Shown: positions 1 to 14,300 of the stretch, one piece after another
Layout of the letters: each line of letters starts with the position of its first letter
How positions within the stretch are numbered: position 1 is the first letter of the stretch
From: Escherichia coli
GTDB lineage: Bacteria > Pseudomonadota > Gammaproteobacteria > Enterobacterales > Enterobacteriaceae
Assembly: GCF_051903065.1 (NCBI RefSeq)
Contig: NZ_CP178438.1
Length of the DNA: 64,000 nt
Direction: 5' to 3' (one strand)
Program-made: the position numbers and the translations under genes
The notes under the pieces: model-generated
Seen by the model: the letters and a program-made list of their open reading frames with translations, nothing else
What the model was told of the DNA's origin: nothing
Database searches by the model: none

Positions 1-608
1 ATACAATTATCAAAAAGTATTTTTTCCATTATGGCGAAATTAAAATTCGTTTTATACATATTACAGTCCTGAAAAATAGCGTTTTGTAGTCTGCAACCTG
101 CAAAATTCGAATTGGATAAATCTTCATCTTTAATCACGATACCTTTCAGGCTAAGGTGTGAAAAATCGTAACCACCATTTACTGTCTGTGGGATTTCGAT
201 AGTATTATTATGGACGGTGACATTATTTATAAAATATACCACCTTAATTGACACTTCCTTATCTTTATTAAGGTAAACTCTTCTCGTAATTCTATCGTCA
301 CATTTATTATTTGCATATGAAGCTATATCTATAAAATATTTATGTATTTTCCTGTCCGTTTCTTTCGTGATTTTTCCTGATGGTAAACTATCATAAATTC
401 TTTTCATTTTCTGAATCAAGCCTATCACTTTTTCATGATCATCCATTTTGAAAAGAGAGAGGGCTTTATTGTCAATTAACGTGTTTTTATGATGTTTGCT
501 GTAATTATCTGATTTTGTTTTCTTTGTATGTGATGGACTTGTGACAGAGTGGTTATCGTTAATCAGGCAAAGAGGGAAAAACATATTATTTAAACCATTA
601 TAGCGCAT
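1..608 (-). CDS. yjcF: pentapeptide-repeat protein YjcF, N-terminal ~202 codons (gene continues past left edge of window)
   Basis: Hand translation of minus strand from ATG at 606-608 (MRYNGLNNMFFPLCLINDNHSV...) stays open to position 1; AT-rich; absent from ORF track because it has no in-window stop. Confidence 0.7.
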   Translation of the reverse strand, partial: MRYNGLNNMFFPLCLINDNHSVTSPSHTKKTKSDNYSKHHKNTLIDNKALSLFKMDDHEKVIGLIQKMKRIYDSLPSGKITKETDRKIHKYFIDIASYANNKCDDRITRRVYLNKDKEVSIKVVYFINNVTVHNNTIEIPQTVNGGYDFSHLSLKGIVIKDEDLSNSNFAGCRLQNAIFQDCNMYKTNFNFAIMEKILFDNC

Positions 609-785
609 AAAATATCCTTATAATTAACAAGAAAGAAAAGGCATATTCTCTGCATTATCATTTTCTACGACTGTCAAAAATCGCTCATTTTTTAATGAGT
701 TTATTTGTTTAATATTATGGGAAAAGGTGATGCATTTGGGAGAGGAAGAGTATTCCCCGGTCAGACGACCGGGGAAGGGGAGAGA

Positions 786-2749
<1,964 letters not shown>

Positions 2750-2832
2750 AGATTCTCCAGAGGTAATGTAGGGATTGTTTTAATTCCCGCTCCCTTATGG
2801 GAGAAGGTTAACGCTCGGGTAACCCTTGCCGA

Positions 2833-2940
2833 ATGTAGGCCGGATAAGGCGTTATACGCCGCATCCGGCAATCAATGCCTGATGCGACGCTGTCGCGTCT
2901 TATCAGGCCTACAAACCGTTACCGACTCGCATCCGGCAAT
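2833..2940. repeat. REP (repetitive extragenic palindrome) pair between yjcH and acs
   Basis: gtaggccggataaggcg...cgcatccggca and gcctgatgcgacg...cttatcaggcctac motifs in opposite orientation. Confidence 0.85.
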
Positions 2941-2946
2941 TGTGGG

Positions 2947-4905
<1,959 letters not shown>

Positions 4906-5122
4906 GCTTTTGTTCTCCTTGTAGGATGTTAATAATATGTGGCATAAGCGTTAAATGTAGGGGTATTGGCAGTTTTGTTTAGTATTTGGGCGACAGATCA
5001 CGCAAAAGTAGAATTGTGCAAATAAACGGCAGGGTAATTTTTGAAGGTCAGCAACAAAAGTTGATTAATTCTTTGAGGAACATGCAGTTATGCATGCTGT
5101 TGAAAAAGAGGAAGATACTGAC

Positions 5123-5138
5123 TAACTCTAAAGTGGTA
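5123..5138 (+). promoter_or_regulatory. candidate NarL/NarP 7-2-7 heptamer pair in nrfA promoter
   Basis: taactct-aa-agtggta (right arm = TACCACT on the other strand); centre lies 33 bp upstream of the FNR site centre, matching a -74.5/-41.5 arrangement. Confidence 0.45.
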
Positions 5139-5156
5139 TTTTACATGCACTTACAA

Positions 5157-5170
5157 TTGATTAAAGACAA
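5157..5170 (+). promoter_or_regulatory. candidate FNR site of nrfA promoter
   Basis: TTGATtaaaGACAA resembles TTGAT-N4-ATCAA; about 130 bp upstream of nrfA ATG. Confidence 0.45.
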
Positions 5171-5255
5171 CATTCACAGTGTGGTTATTTGTTACACATA
5201 GGGGCGAGCAATGTCATGACAGTGTAGGTGCGGTTACTGTCGTGAAAAACAATAA

Positions 5256-6734
<1,479 letters not shown>

Positions 6735-6778
6735 CCCCGTTCCGCCTCGCAAGGGGCGGAAAACACAATGGAGTGAAT

Positions 6779-7345
6779 ATGAGCGTATTACGTTCGTTAT
6801 TAACTGCCGGGGTGCTGGCGTCGGGCCTGTTGTGGAGCCTGAACGGAATTACCGCTACCCCTGCGGCGCAGGCATCTGATGATCGCTACGAAGTTACCCA
6901 GCAGCGTAACCCGGATGCCGCCTGTCTGGACTGTCATAAACCAGATACCGAAGGTATGCATGGCAAACATGCTTCCGTTATCAACCCGAATAACAAACTG
7001 CCGGTCACCTGCACCAACTGTCACGGCCAGCCATCACCGCAACACCGCGAAGGGGTGAAAGATGTGATGCGCTTTAACGAGCCGATGTACAAGGTTGGAG
7101 AGCAGAACAGCGTCTGTATGTCCTGCCATCTGCCGGAACAGTTGCAAAAAGCGTTCTGGCCGCACGATGTCCACGTAACCAAAGTGGCGTGCGCCAGCTG
7201 CCATTCCCTGCATCCACAGCAAGATACGATGCAGACGTTAAGTGACAAAGGACGGATTAAGATTTGCGTCGATTGCCACAGCGATCAGCGCACCAATCCG
7301 AACTTTAACCCGGCGTCTGTTCCGTTGCTTAAGGAGCAGCCATGA
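6779..7345 (+). CDS. nrfB: pentahaem cytochrome c NrfB
   Basis: [16 protein letters not shown] signal; five CxxCH motifs (CLDCH, CTNCH, CMSCH, CASCH, CVDCH); GGAG Shine-Dalgarno before ATG 6779. Confidence 0.93.
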
Positions 7346-8013
7346 CCTGGTCTCGTCGCCAGTTTCTCACCGGCGTCGGCGTGCTGGCAGCCGTCAGCGG
7401 CACCGCAGGGCGCGTGGTGGCGAAAACGTTGAATATCAATGGGGTGCGTTACGGCATGGTGCATGACGAGTCGTTATGCATCGGCTGTACCGCCTGTATG
7501 GATGCTTGTCGGGAAGTGAACAAGGTGACGGAAGGCGTCTCGCGCCTGACGATTATTCGTAGCGAGCCGCAGGGCGAATTTCCTGATGTGAAATATCGCT
7601 TCTTCCGTAAGTCTTGCCAGCACTGCGATCATGCGCCGTGCGTTGACGTCTGCCCGACCGGTGCGTCTTTTCGTGATGCCGCTAGCGGGATTGTCGATGT
7701 TAATCCTGATCTCTGCGTCGGTTGTCAGTACTGCATCGCCGCCTGTCCGTACCGCGTGCGCTTTATCCATCCGGTCACGAAGACGGCGGACAAATGCGAT
7801 TTCTGCCGTAAGACCAATTTGCAGGCCGGTAAGCTGCCCGCGTGCGTTGAGGCTTGCCCGACGAAGGCGCTGACGTTTGGCAATCTGGACGATCCCAACA
7901 GTGAGATTTCGCAACTGCTGCGCCAGAAGCCCACTTACCGCTACAAGCTGGCGCTGGGAACCAAACCGAAGCTGTACCGCGTACCGTTTAAATACGGGGA
8001 GGTGAGCCAATGA
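7342..8013 (+). CDS. nrfC: 4Fe-4S ferredoxin-type subunit NrfC
   Basis: 223 aa; Tat-type signal SRRQFLTG; multiple CxxCxxCxxxCP clusters; ATGA overlap with nrfB. Confidence 0.93.
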
Positions 8014-8966
8014 CGCAGACTTCCGCATTTCATTTTGAATCGCTGGTGTGGGACTGGCCGATTGCCATCTACCTGTTTTTGATTGGTATTTCTGCTGGTT
8101 TGGTGACGCTGGCCGTGCTGTTACGTCGCTTCTACCCGCAGGCGGGCGGTGCAGACAGTACGTTGCTGCGCACCACGCTGATTGTCGGGCCGGGCGCGGT
8201 GATCCTCGGTCTGTTGATCCTCGTCTTCCACCTGACAAGACCGTGGACCTTCTGGAAGCTGATGTTCCACTACAGTTTTACCTCGGTGATGTCGATGGGG
8301 GTGATGCTGTTTCAGCTTTACATGGTGGTGCTGGTGCTGTGGCTGGCGAAAATCTTTGAACATGATTTGCTTGCCCTGCAACAACGCTGGTTGCCGAAGC
8401 TGGGGATCGTGCAAAAGGTTCTGAGCCTGCTGACGCCCGTTCATCGCGGACTGGAAACATTGATGCTGGTGCTGGCGGTGTTGTTGGGGGCTTATACCGG
8501 TTTTCTGCTGTCGGCGCTGAAATCGTATCCGTTCCTTAATAACCCGATCCTGCCGGTGCTGTTCCTCTTCTCCGGCATCTCGTCCGGTGCGGCGGTGGCG
8601 CTGATCGCCATGGCGATACGCCAACGCAGTAACCCGCATTCCACGGAAGCGCAGTTTGTACACCGTATGGAAATCCCCGTGGTATGGGGTGAAATCTTCC
8701 TGCTGGTGGCGTTTTTTGTCGGTCTGGCGCTGGGCGATGACGGTAAAGTGCGTGCGCTGGTGGCGGCATTGGGTGGCGGTTTCTGGACGTGGTGGTTCTG
8801 GCTTGGTGTCGCTGGGCTGGGGCTGATTGTGCCAATGTTGCTCAAACTGTGGGTCAATCGCAGTTCCGGCATTCCTGCCGTGCTGGCGGCGTGTGGGGCC
8901 AGTCTGGTCGGCGTGTTGATGTTGCGCTTTTTCATTCTCTACGCCGGGCAGTTAACGGTGGCGTAA
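8010..8966 (+). CDS. nrfD: integral membrane quinol-oxidising subunit NrfD
   Basis: 318 aa polytopic membrane protein; overlaps nrfC stop. Confidence 0.92.
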   Translation: MTQTSAFHFESLVWDWPIAIYLFLIGISAGLVTLAVLLRRFYPQAGGADSTLLRTTLIVGPGAVILGLLILVFHLTRPWTFWKLMFHYSFTSVMSMGVMLFQLYMVVLVLWLAKIFEHDLLALQQRWLPKLGIVQKVLSLLTPVHRGLETLMLVLAVLLGAYTGFLLSALKSYPFLNNPILPVLFLFSGISSGAAVALIAMAIRQRSNPHSTEAQFVHRMEIPVVWGEIFLLVAFFVGLALGDDGKVRALVAALGGGFWTWWFWLGVAGLGLIVPMLLKLWVNRSSGIPAVLAACGASLVGVLMLRFFILYAGQLTVA

Positions 8967-9021
8967 GCCAGAACAGAGGTGGTTTCTGGACGTATTCCTT
9001 CCTGAAGTCGGTTTTCTGGCG

Positions 9022-10704
9022 TTGTTGTTAAGTCTCGGGGTCAACGTGTTGACCCCGTTGACGGCCTTCGCGGGAGTGCGGTTGCGCTGGCCTGCCATGA
9101 TGCGACTCACTTGCATCGGCATTCTGGCACAGTTCGCGCTCCTGCTGCTCGCCTTTGGCGTACTGACGTATTGTTTTCTCATCAGCGATTTCTCGGTCAT
9201 TTATGTCGCCCAACATAGCTACAGCCTGCTGTCGTGGGAACTCAAACTGGCGGCGGTATGGGGTGGTCATGAAGGTTCGCTGCTGCTTTGGGTTCTGCTG
9301 CTTTCCGCCTGGAGCGCGCTGTTTGCCTGGCATTATCGGCAGCAAACCGATCCGCTATTTCCGCTGACGTTAGCCGTTTTATCTCTCATGCTCGCCGCAC
9401 TGCTACTGTTTGTGGTGCTGTGGTCCGATCCCTTCGTGCGGATATTTCCACCAGCAATCGAAGGCCGCGATCTCAATCCGATGCTGCAACATCCCGGTCT
9501 TATCTTTCATCCACCGCTGCTTTACCTTGGCTATGGCGGTTTGATGGTAGCGGCGAGCGTGGCGCTGGCGAGTCTACTGCGCGGCGAGTTTGATGGTGCC
9601 TGCGCCCGAATTTGCTGGCGCTGGGCGTTACCTGGCTGGAGTGCATTAACAGCGGGGATCATCCTCGGTTCCTGGTGGGCCTACTGCGAACTCGGCTGGG
9701 GCGGCTGGTGGTTCTGGGATCCGGTGGAAAACGCCTCTTTATTACCCTGGCTTTCTGCCACTGCGCTGCTGCACAGTTTATCCCTGACACGCCAGCGGGG
9801 GATTTTCCGCCACTGGTCGCTGTTGCTGGCGATAGTTACTCTGATGCTGTCGCTGCTGGGCACCTTAATTGTCCGTTCTGGCATTCTGGTTTCGGTTCAT
9901 GCGTTCGCGCTGGATAACGTCCGCGCCGTGCCGTTGTTCAGTCTGTTTGTACTGATTAGCCTTGCGTCTCTGGCTCTGTATGGCTGGCGAGCGCGGGACG
10001 GTGGCCCGGCGGTGCGTTTTTCGGGGTTATCGCGGGAAATGTTAATCCTCGCTACGCTGTTGCTGTTTTGCGCAGTGCTACTGATCGTGCTGGTGGGAAC
10101 GCTTTATCCGATGATTTACGGCCTGCTGGGCTGGGGACGCCTCTCCGTTGGCGCACCGTATTTTAACCGCGCGACGTTACCGTTTGGTCTGTTGATGTTG
10201 GTGGTGATTGTGCTGGCGACGTTTGTCTCTGGTAAACGCGCGCAGCTTCCGGCGCTGCTGGCGCATGCGGGCGTGCTGTTATTTGCCGCAGGGATCGTGG
10301 TTTCCAGCGTCAGCCGTCAGGAGATCAGCCTGAATTTACAGCCGGGCCAGCAGGTGATGCTGGCAGGATACACCTTCCGTTTTGAGCGCCTCGATCTACA
10401 AGCCAAAGGCAATTACACCAGCGAAAAAGCGATAGTGGCGCTGTTTGACCATCAGCAACGCATTGGTGAATTAACGCCGGAGCGGCGTTTTTACGAAGCA
10501 CGTCGTCAGCAAATGATGGAACCGTCAATTCGCTGGAACGGCATCCATGACTGGTATGCGGTCATGGGGGAGAAAACTGGGCCGGATCGTTACGCTTTTC
10601 GTTTGTATGTACAAAGCGGTGTGCGCTGGATCTGGGGGGGAGGATTGTTGATGATTGCAGGCGCATTATTAAGCGGATGGCGGGGGAGGAAGCGCGATGA
10701 GTAA
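9022..10704 (+). CDS. nrfE: haem lyase NrfE (CcmF-like)
   Basis: Large polytopic protein with WGGHEGSLLLW-type CcmF motif; start uncertain (TTG at 9022 per ORF track, or GTG at 9046). Confidence 0.85.
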   Translation: MLLSLGVNVLTPLTAFAGVRLRWPAMMRLTCIGILAQFALLLLAFGVLTYCFLISDFSVIYVAQHSYSLLSWELKLAAVWGGHEGSLLLWVLLLSAWSALFAWHYRQQTDPLFPLTLAVLSLMLAALLLFVVLWSDPFVRIFPPAIEGRDLNPMLQHPGLIFHPPLLYLGYGGLMVAASVALASLLRGEFDGACARICWRWALPGWSALTAGIILGSWWAYCELGWGGWWFWDPVENASLLPWLSATALLHSLSLTRQRGIFRHWSLLLAIVTLMLSLLGTLIVRSGILVSVHAFALDNVRAVPLFSLFVLISLASLALYGWRARDGGPAVRFSGLSREMLILATLLLFCAVLLIVLVGTLYPMIYGLLGWGRLSVGAPYFNRATLPFGLLMLVVIVLATFVSGKRAQLPALLAHAGVLLFAAGIVVSSVSRQEISLNLQPGQQVMLAGYTFRFERLDLQAKGNYTSEKAIVALFDHQQRIGELTPERRFYEARRQQMMEPSIRWNGIHDWYAVMGEKTGPDRYAFRLYVQSGVRWIWGGGLLMIAGALLSGWRGRKRDE

Positions 10705-11080
10705 AGGACTTCTCACGCTACTGCTGTTATTTACCTGTTTTGCGCGCGCTCAGGTTGTAGACACCTGGCAATTCGCTAATCCGCAACAACAGCAACAGGC
10801 GTTAAATATTGCCAGCCAGTTACGTTGTCCGCAGTGCCAGAATCAAAACTTACTCGAATCCAACGCGCCGGTGGCAGTCAGTATGCGCCATCAGGTTTAC
10901 AGCATGGTGGCGGAGGGGAAGAACGAAGTCGAAATCATTGGCTGGATGACCGAACGCTACGGAGATTTTGTTCGCTATAACCCACCGTTAACGGGTCAGA
11001 CGCTGGTGTTGTGGGCGCTGCCAGTGGTGTTGTTACTGCTGATGGCACTGATCCTCTGGCGAGTGAGGGCGAAGCGATGA
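10697..11080 (+). CDS. nrfF: NrfF (CcmH-like thiol:disulfide protein for haem attachment)
   Basis: 127 aa; signal peptide; LRCPQCQNQ motif; overlaps nrfE stop. Confidence 0.92.
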   Translation: MSKGLLTLLLLFTCFARAQVVDTWQFANPQQQQQALNIASQLRCPQCQNQNLLESNAPVAVSMRHQVYSMVAEGKNEVEIIGWMTERYGDFVRYNPPLTGQTLVLWALPVVLLLLMALILWRVRAKR

Positions 11081-11673
11081 AACAGCCTCAAATACCGGTG
11101 AAAATGCTGACAACACTCACGATATTGATGGTATTCCTCTGTGTCGGCAGTTATCTGTTAAGCCCAAAATGGCAGGCGGTACGTGTGGAGTATCAGCGTC
11201 AGCGCGATCCGCTACATCAGTTTGCCAGCCAGCAAACCCCGGAAGCGCAGCTTCAGGCATTGCAGGATAAAATCCGCGCTAATCCACAAAACAGCGAACA
11301 GTGGGCGTTACTGGGCGAGTACTATCTGTGGCAAAACGATTACAGCAATTCGCTGCTGGCGTACCGTCAGGCGTTGCAACTACGTGGTGAGAACGCTGAA
11401 CTGTATGCGGCGCTGGCGACGGTGCTTTATTACCAGGCCAGCCAGCATATGACCGCCCAGACTCGCGCAATGATCGACAAAGCCCTCGCGCTGGACTCTA
11501 ACGAAATCACCGCTCTGATGCTGCTGGCTTCCGATGCGTTTATGCAGGCGAATTACGCGCAAGCCATCGAACTATGGCAAAAAGTGATGGATCTCAACTC
11601 ACCCCGGATCAACCGGACACAGCTGGTCGAGTCGATTAATATGGCGAAATTGTTGCAGCGGAGATCGGATTAA
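11077..11673 (+). CDS. nrfG: TPR-repeat protein NrfG
   Basis: 198 aa from ATG 11077 ([11 protein letters not shown]...), ATGA overlap with nrfF; ORF track start 11011 is an upstream extension. Confidence 0.9.
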   Translation: MKQPQIPVKMLTTLTILMVFLCVGSYLLSPKWQAVRVEYQRQRDPLHQFASQQTPEAQLQALQDKIRANPQNSEQWALLGEYYLWQNDYSNSLLAYRQALQLRGENAELYAALATVLYYQASQHMTAQTRAMIDKALALDSNEITALMLLASDAFMQANYAQAIELWQKVMDLNSPRINRTQLVESINMAKLLQRRSD

Positions 11674-12014
11674 TCATCTGGTGATGAAGATTATGTTATT
11701 GAGCTGCATAAAAAATAATCGAATGAACATATGCCAAAAATAATCACTAATCAGTATTATTGCAGATTAAACAAATAAAAATCTTTCCATAACAAATGGT
11801 TATTCATTAATCCTACCATAAACTCGCGTTATTATGCATTAATGCAGCGAAAAGCTCTGTTGTTAAAGGGTTGCGCAACATACCGCGCAAATGATACTGA
11901 TCATAAGCGTTAAAAAAATCTACAAACCAACGCAACACAATTCATGCCCTGGCAGTATGTCACGTTCTCGCGTTTCTGAACGGGGAACGGCGCTCCATTG
12001 AGGAAGTTATTCTG

Positions 12015-13328
12015 ATGAAAAATATAAAATTCAGCCTGGCCTGGCAGATTCTGTTTGCTATGGTGCTGGGCATTCTCCTGGGAAGCTACCTGCACTACCA
12101 TAGCGACAGCCGCGACTGGCTGGTCGTCAATTTGCTCTCTCCGGCGGGTGATATCTTCATCCATCTGATCAAAATGATTGTTGTGCCGATTGTGATCTCC
12201 ACGCTGGTGGTGGGTATCGCGGGTGTTGGTGATGCCAAACAGCTCGGGCGTATTGGCGCGAAAACCATTATCTACTTCGAGGTGATCACCACCGTCGCCA
12301 TCATTTTGGGGATCACTCTGGCGAACGTCTTCCAGCCCGGTGCCGGGGTGGATATGTCGCAGCTGGCGACCGTCGATATCTCGAAATATCAGAGCACTAC
12401 GGAAGCGGTACAAAGCAGTTCCCACGGCATTATGGGCACGATTTTGTCGCTGGTGCCGACGAACATTGTGGCGTCGATGGCGAAAGGCGAAATGCTGCCG
12501 ATCATCTTCTTCTCGGTGCTGTTTGGTCTGGGGCTTTCCTCCCTGCCCGCGACGCATCGTGAACCGCTGGTGACCGTGTTCCGCTCCATCTCTGAAACCA
12601 TGTTTAAAGTGACTCACATGGTGATGCGTTATGCGCCGGTGGGTGTGTTTGCGCTGATTGCGGTGACGGTGGCTAACTTTGGTTTCTCTTCTCTGTGGCC
12701 ACTGGCGAAACTGGTGCTGCTGGTGCATTTCGCCATTCTGTTCTTCGCGCTGGTAGTGCTGGGAATTGTGGCGCGCCTGTGCGGGTTAAGCGTCTGGATC
12801 CTGATTCGTATTCTGAAAGATGAGCTGATTCTGGCGTACTCCACTGCCAGCTCTGAAAGCGTACTGCCGCGAATTATTGAGAAGATGGAAGCCTACGGAG
12901 CACCGGCGTCGATCACCAGCTTCGTGGTGCCGACCGGTTACTCTTTTAACCTTGATGGTTCGACGCTGTATCAAAGTATTGCCGCTATTTTCATCGCTCA
13001 GCTGTATGGCATTGACCTGTCCATCTGGCAGGAAATCATTCTGGTGCTGACGCTGATGGTGACCTCGAAAGGGATTGCTGGCGTGCCGGGCGTGTCGTTT
13101 GTGGTGTTGCTGGCAACGCTGGGTAGCGTAGGTATTCCGCTGGAAGGTCTGGCGTTTATTGCTGGTGTTGACCGTATCCTCGACATGGCGCGTACTGCGC
13201 TGAACGTGGTGGGTAATGCGCTGGCGGTGCTGGTGATTGCCAAGTGGGAACACAAATTTGACCGCAAAAAGGCGCTGGCTTATGAGCGTGAAGTGCTGGG
13301 CAAATTTGATAAAACTGCGGATCAATAA
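12015..13328 (+). CDS. gltP: glutamate/aspartate:proton symporter GltP
   Basis: 437 aa; MKNIKFSLAWQILFAMVLGILLG N-terminus; DAACS family. Confidence 0.96.
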   Translation: MKNIKFSLAWQILFAMVLGILLGSYLHYHSDSRDWLVVNLLSPAGDIFIHLIKMIVVPIVISTLVVGIAGVGDAKQLGRIGAKTIIYFEVITTVAIILGITLANVFQPGAGVDMSQLATVDISKYQSTTEAVQSSSHGIMGTILSLVPTNIVASMAKGEMLPIIFFSVLFGLGLSSLPATHREPLVTVFRSISETMFKVTHMVMRYAPVGVFALIAVTVANFGFSSLWPLAKLVLLVHFAILFFALVVLGIVARLCGLSVWILIRILKDELILAYSTASSESVLPRIIEKMEAYGAPASITSFVVPTGYSFNLDGSTLYQSIAAIFIAQLYGIDLSIWQEIILVLTLMVTSKGIAGVPGVSFVVLLATLGSVGIPLEGLAFIAGVDRILDMARTALNVVGNALAVLVIAKWEHKFDRKKALAYEREVLGKFDKTADQ

Positions 13329-13368
13329 TTGAAGATTGCCGGGGTTATCCCCCGGCAATGTGTGGATG

Positions 13369-13516
13369 CCTGATGCGACGCTGGTGCGTCTTATCAGGCC
13401 TACGTCAGACAGCGCAATAGCCTGATTTAGCGTGATTTTGTAGGTCGGATAAGGCGTTTACGCCGCATCCGACATCAACGCCTGATGCGACGCTTAACGC
13501 GTCTTATCAGGCCTAC
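13369..13516. repeat. REP cluster between convergent gltP and yjcO
   Basis: Three REP-like palindromes (gcctgatgcgacg...cttatcaggcctac and gtaggtcggataaggcg...cgcatccgaca); preceded by hairpin tgccggggttatcccccggca at 13338-13360. Confidence 0.85.
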
Positions 13517-13517
13517 C

Positions 13518-14207
13518 TTAACCGTTGGTTAATTTTTCAAACTCTTCACACCCGGTATCAAACCCTTCCATACAGCTCAGGTTCAACCAGTGCAGCGCCT
13601 TTTGTTTATTCTTCTCGATAAAACCTTCTTCACCGTTTAAGAACATCATTCCCGCCCAGTACTCGGAATAACCGGTTCGGGAAATTGCAGAGCTGCGTTT
13701 GAAATACCAGGTTGCCTTGTCATCGTCGGCCTTAATGCCCACGCCGTTGGCGTAAATCAAACCAAGCAGCATTTGGGCATCGACGGCAGAGTCGTTCTCC
13801 AGATCTTCCGAGGCGTTTTCTAACAGCGAAATCGCCTTTGGATAATCCGGTTTGCCCGCTTGAGTATTTACCAGAATATGCGCCAGCGTTACTTCACCTT
13901 CTTTACTGCCCGCTTGCGCCGCTTTCTCTGCAAGAACTTTTGCTTGTGGATAGTCCAGACTGACCGGATTGGTGATTTTGATCTGCGCCAACAGCGCGCA
14001 GGCATCAGCATCACCGCTGTCGGCGGCTTTCTGTGCCCAATATTCGGCTTTGCTCAAATCGCCGGAGCTAAACCAGCTGTCGGCAAGAAAATATTGTGCG
14101 CGTCGGTCCCCGGCCTCTGCTGCCTTTAAATACTGGCTGCCAGGCTCGGAGTCGTTGGCGTGGGCAAAGAATGTCAAAAACAACATCAATGCGATAATTT
14201 TTTTCAT
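13518..14207 (-). CDS. yjcO: Sel1-repeat protein YjcO
   Basis: 229 aa with signal peptide and repeated AQ..LA..Y..G Sel1-like units. Confidence 0.9.
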   Translation of the reverse strand: MKKIIALMLFLTFFAHANDSEPGSQYLKAAEAGDRRAQYFLADSWFSSGDLSKAEYWAQKAADSGDADACALLAQIKITNPVSLDYPQAKVLAEKAAQAGSKEGEVTLAHILVNTQAGKPDYPKAISLLENASEDLENDSAVDAQMLLGLIYANGVGIKADDDKATWYFKRSSAISRTGYSEYWAGMMFLNGEEGFIEKNKQKALHWLNLSCMEGFDTGCEEFEKLTNG

Positions 14208-14259
14208 TTTGATAATACGATTGGGTAGGGAGTAACCAGTATAAAGAGTTCGAATGGAT

Positions 14260-14286
14260 AAAAAAACAGCCTCCGAAAGGAGGCTG
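14260..14286 (-). terminator. rho-independent terminator downstream of fdhF
   Basis: Stem cagcctcc / ggaggctg with gaaa loop, followed on the minus strand by a U-run (plus-strand A-run 14260-14266). Confidence 0.75.
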
Positions 14287-14300
14287 TAGAAAGGACTGTA

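Noticed and set aside
7474-8238. 254 aa minus-strand ORF overlapping nrfC/nrfD
   Set aside because: Antisense to the conserved nrf operon with low-complexity R/A-rich translation; no support
13338-13360. Hairpin tgccggggttatcccccggca as a classic rho-independent gltP terminator
   Set aside because: Good stem but no trailing U-run; more likely part of the REP cluster structure, so not listed as a terminator
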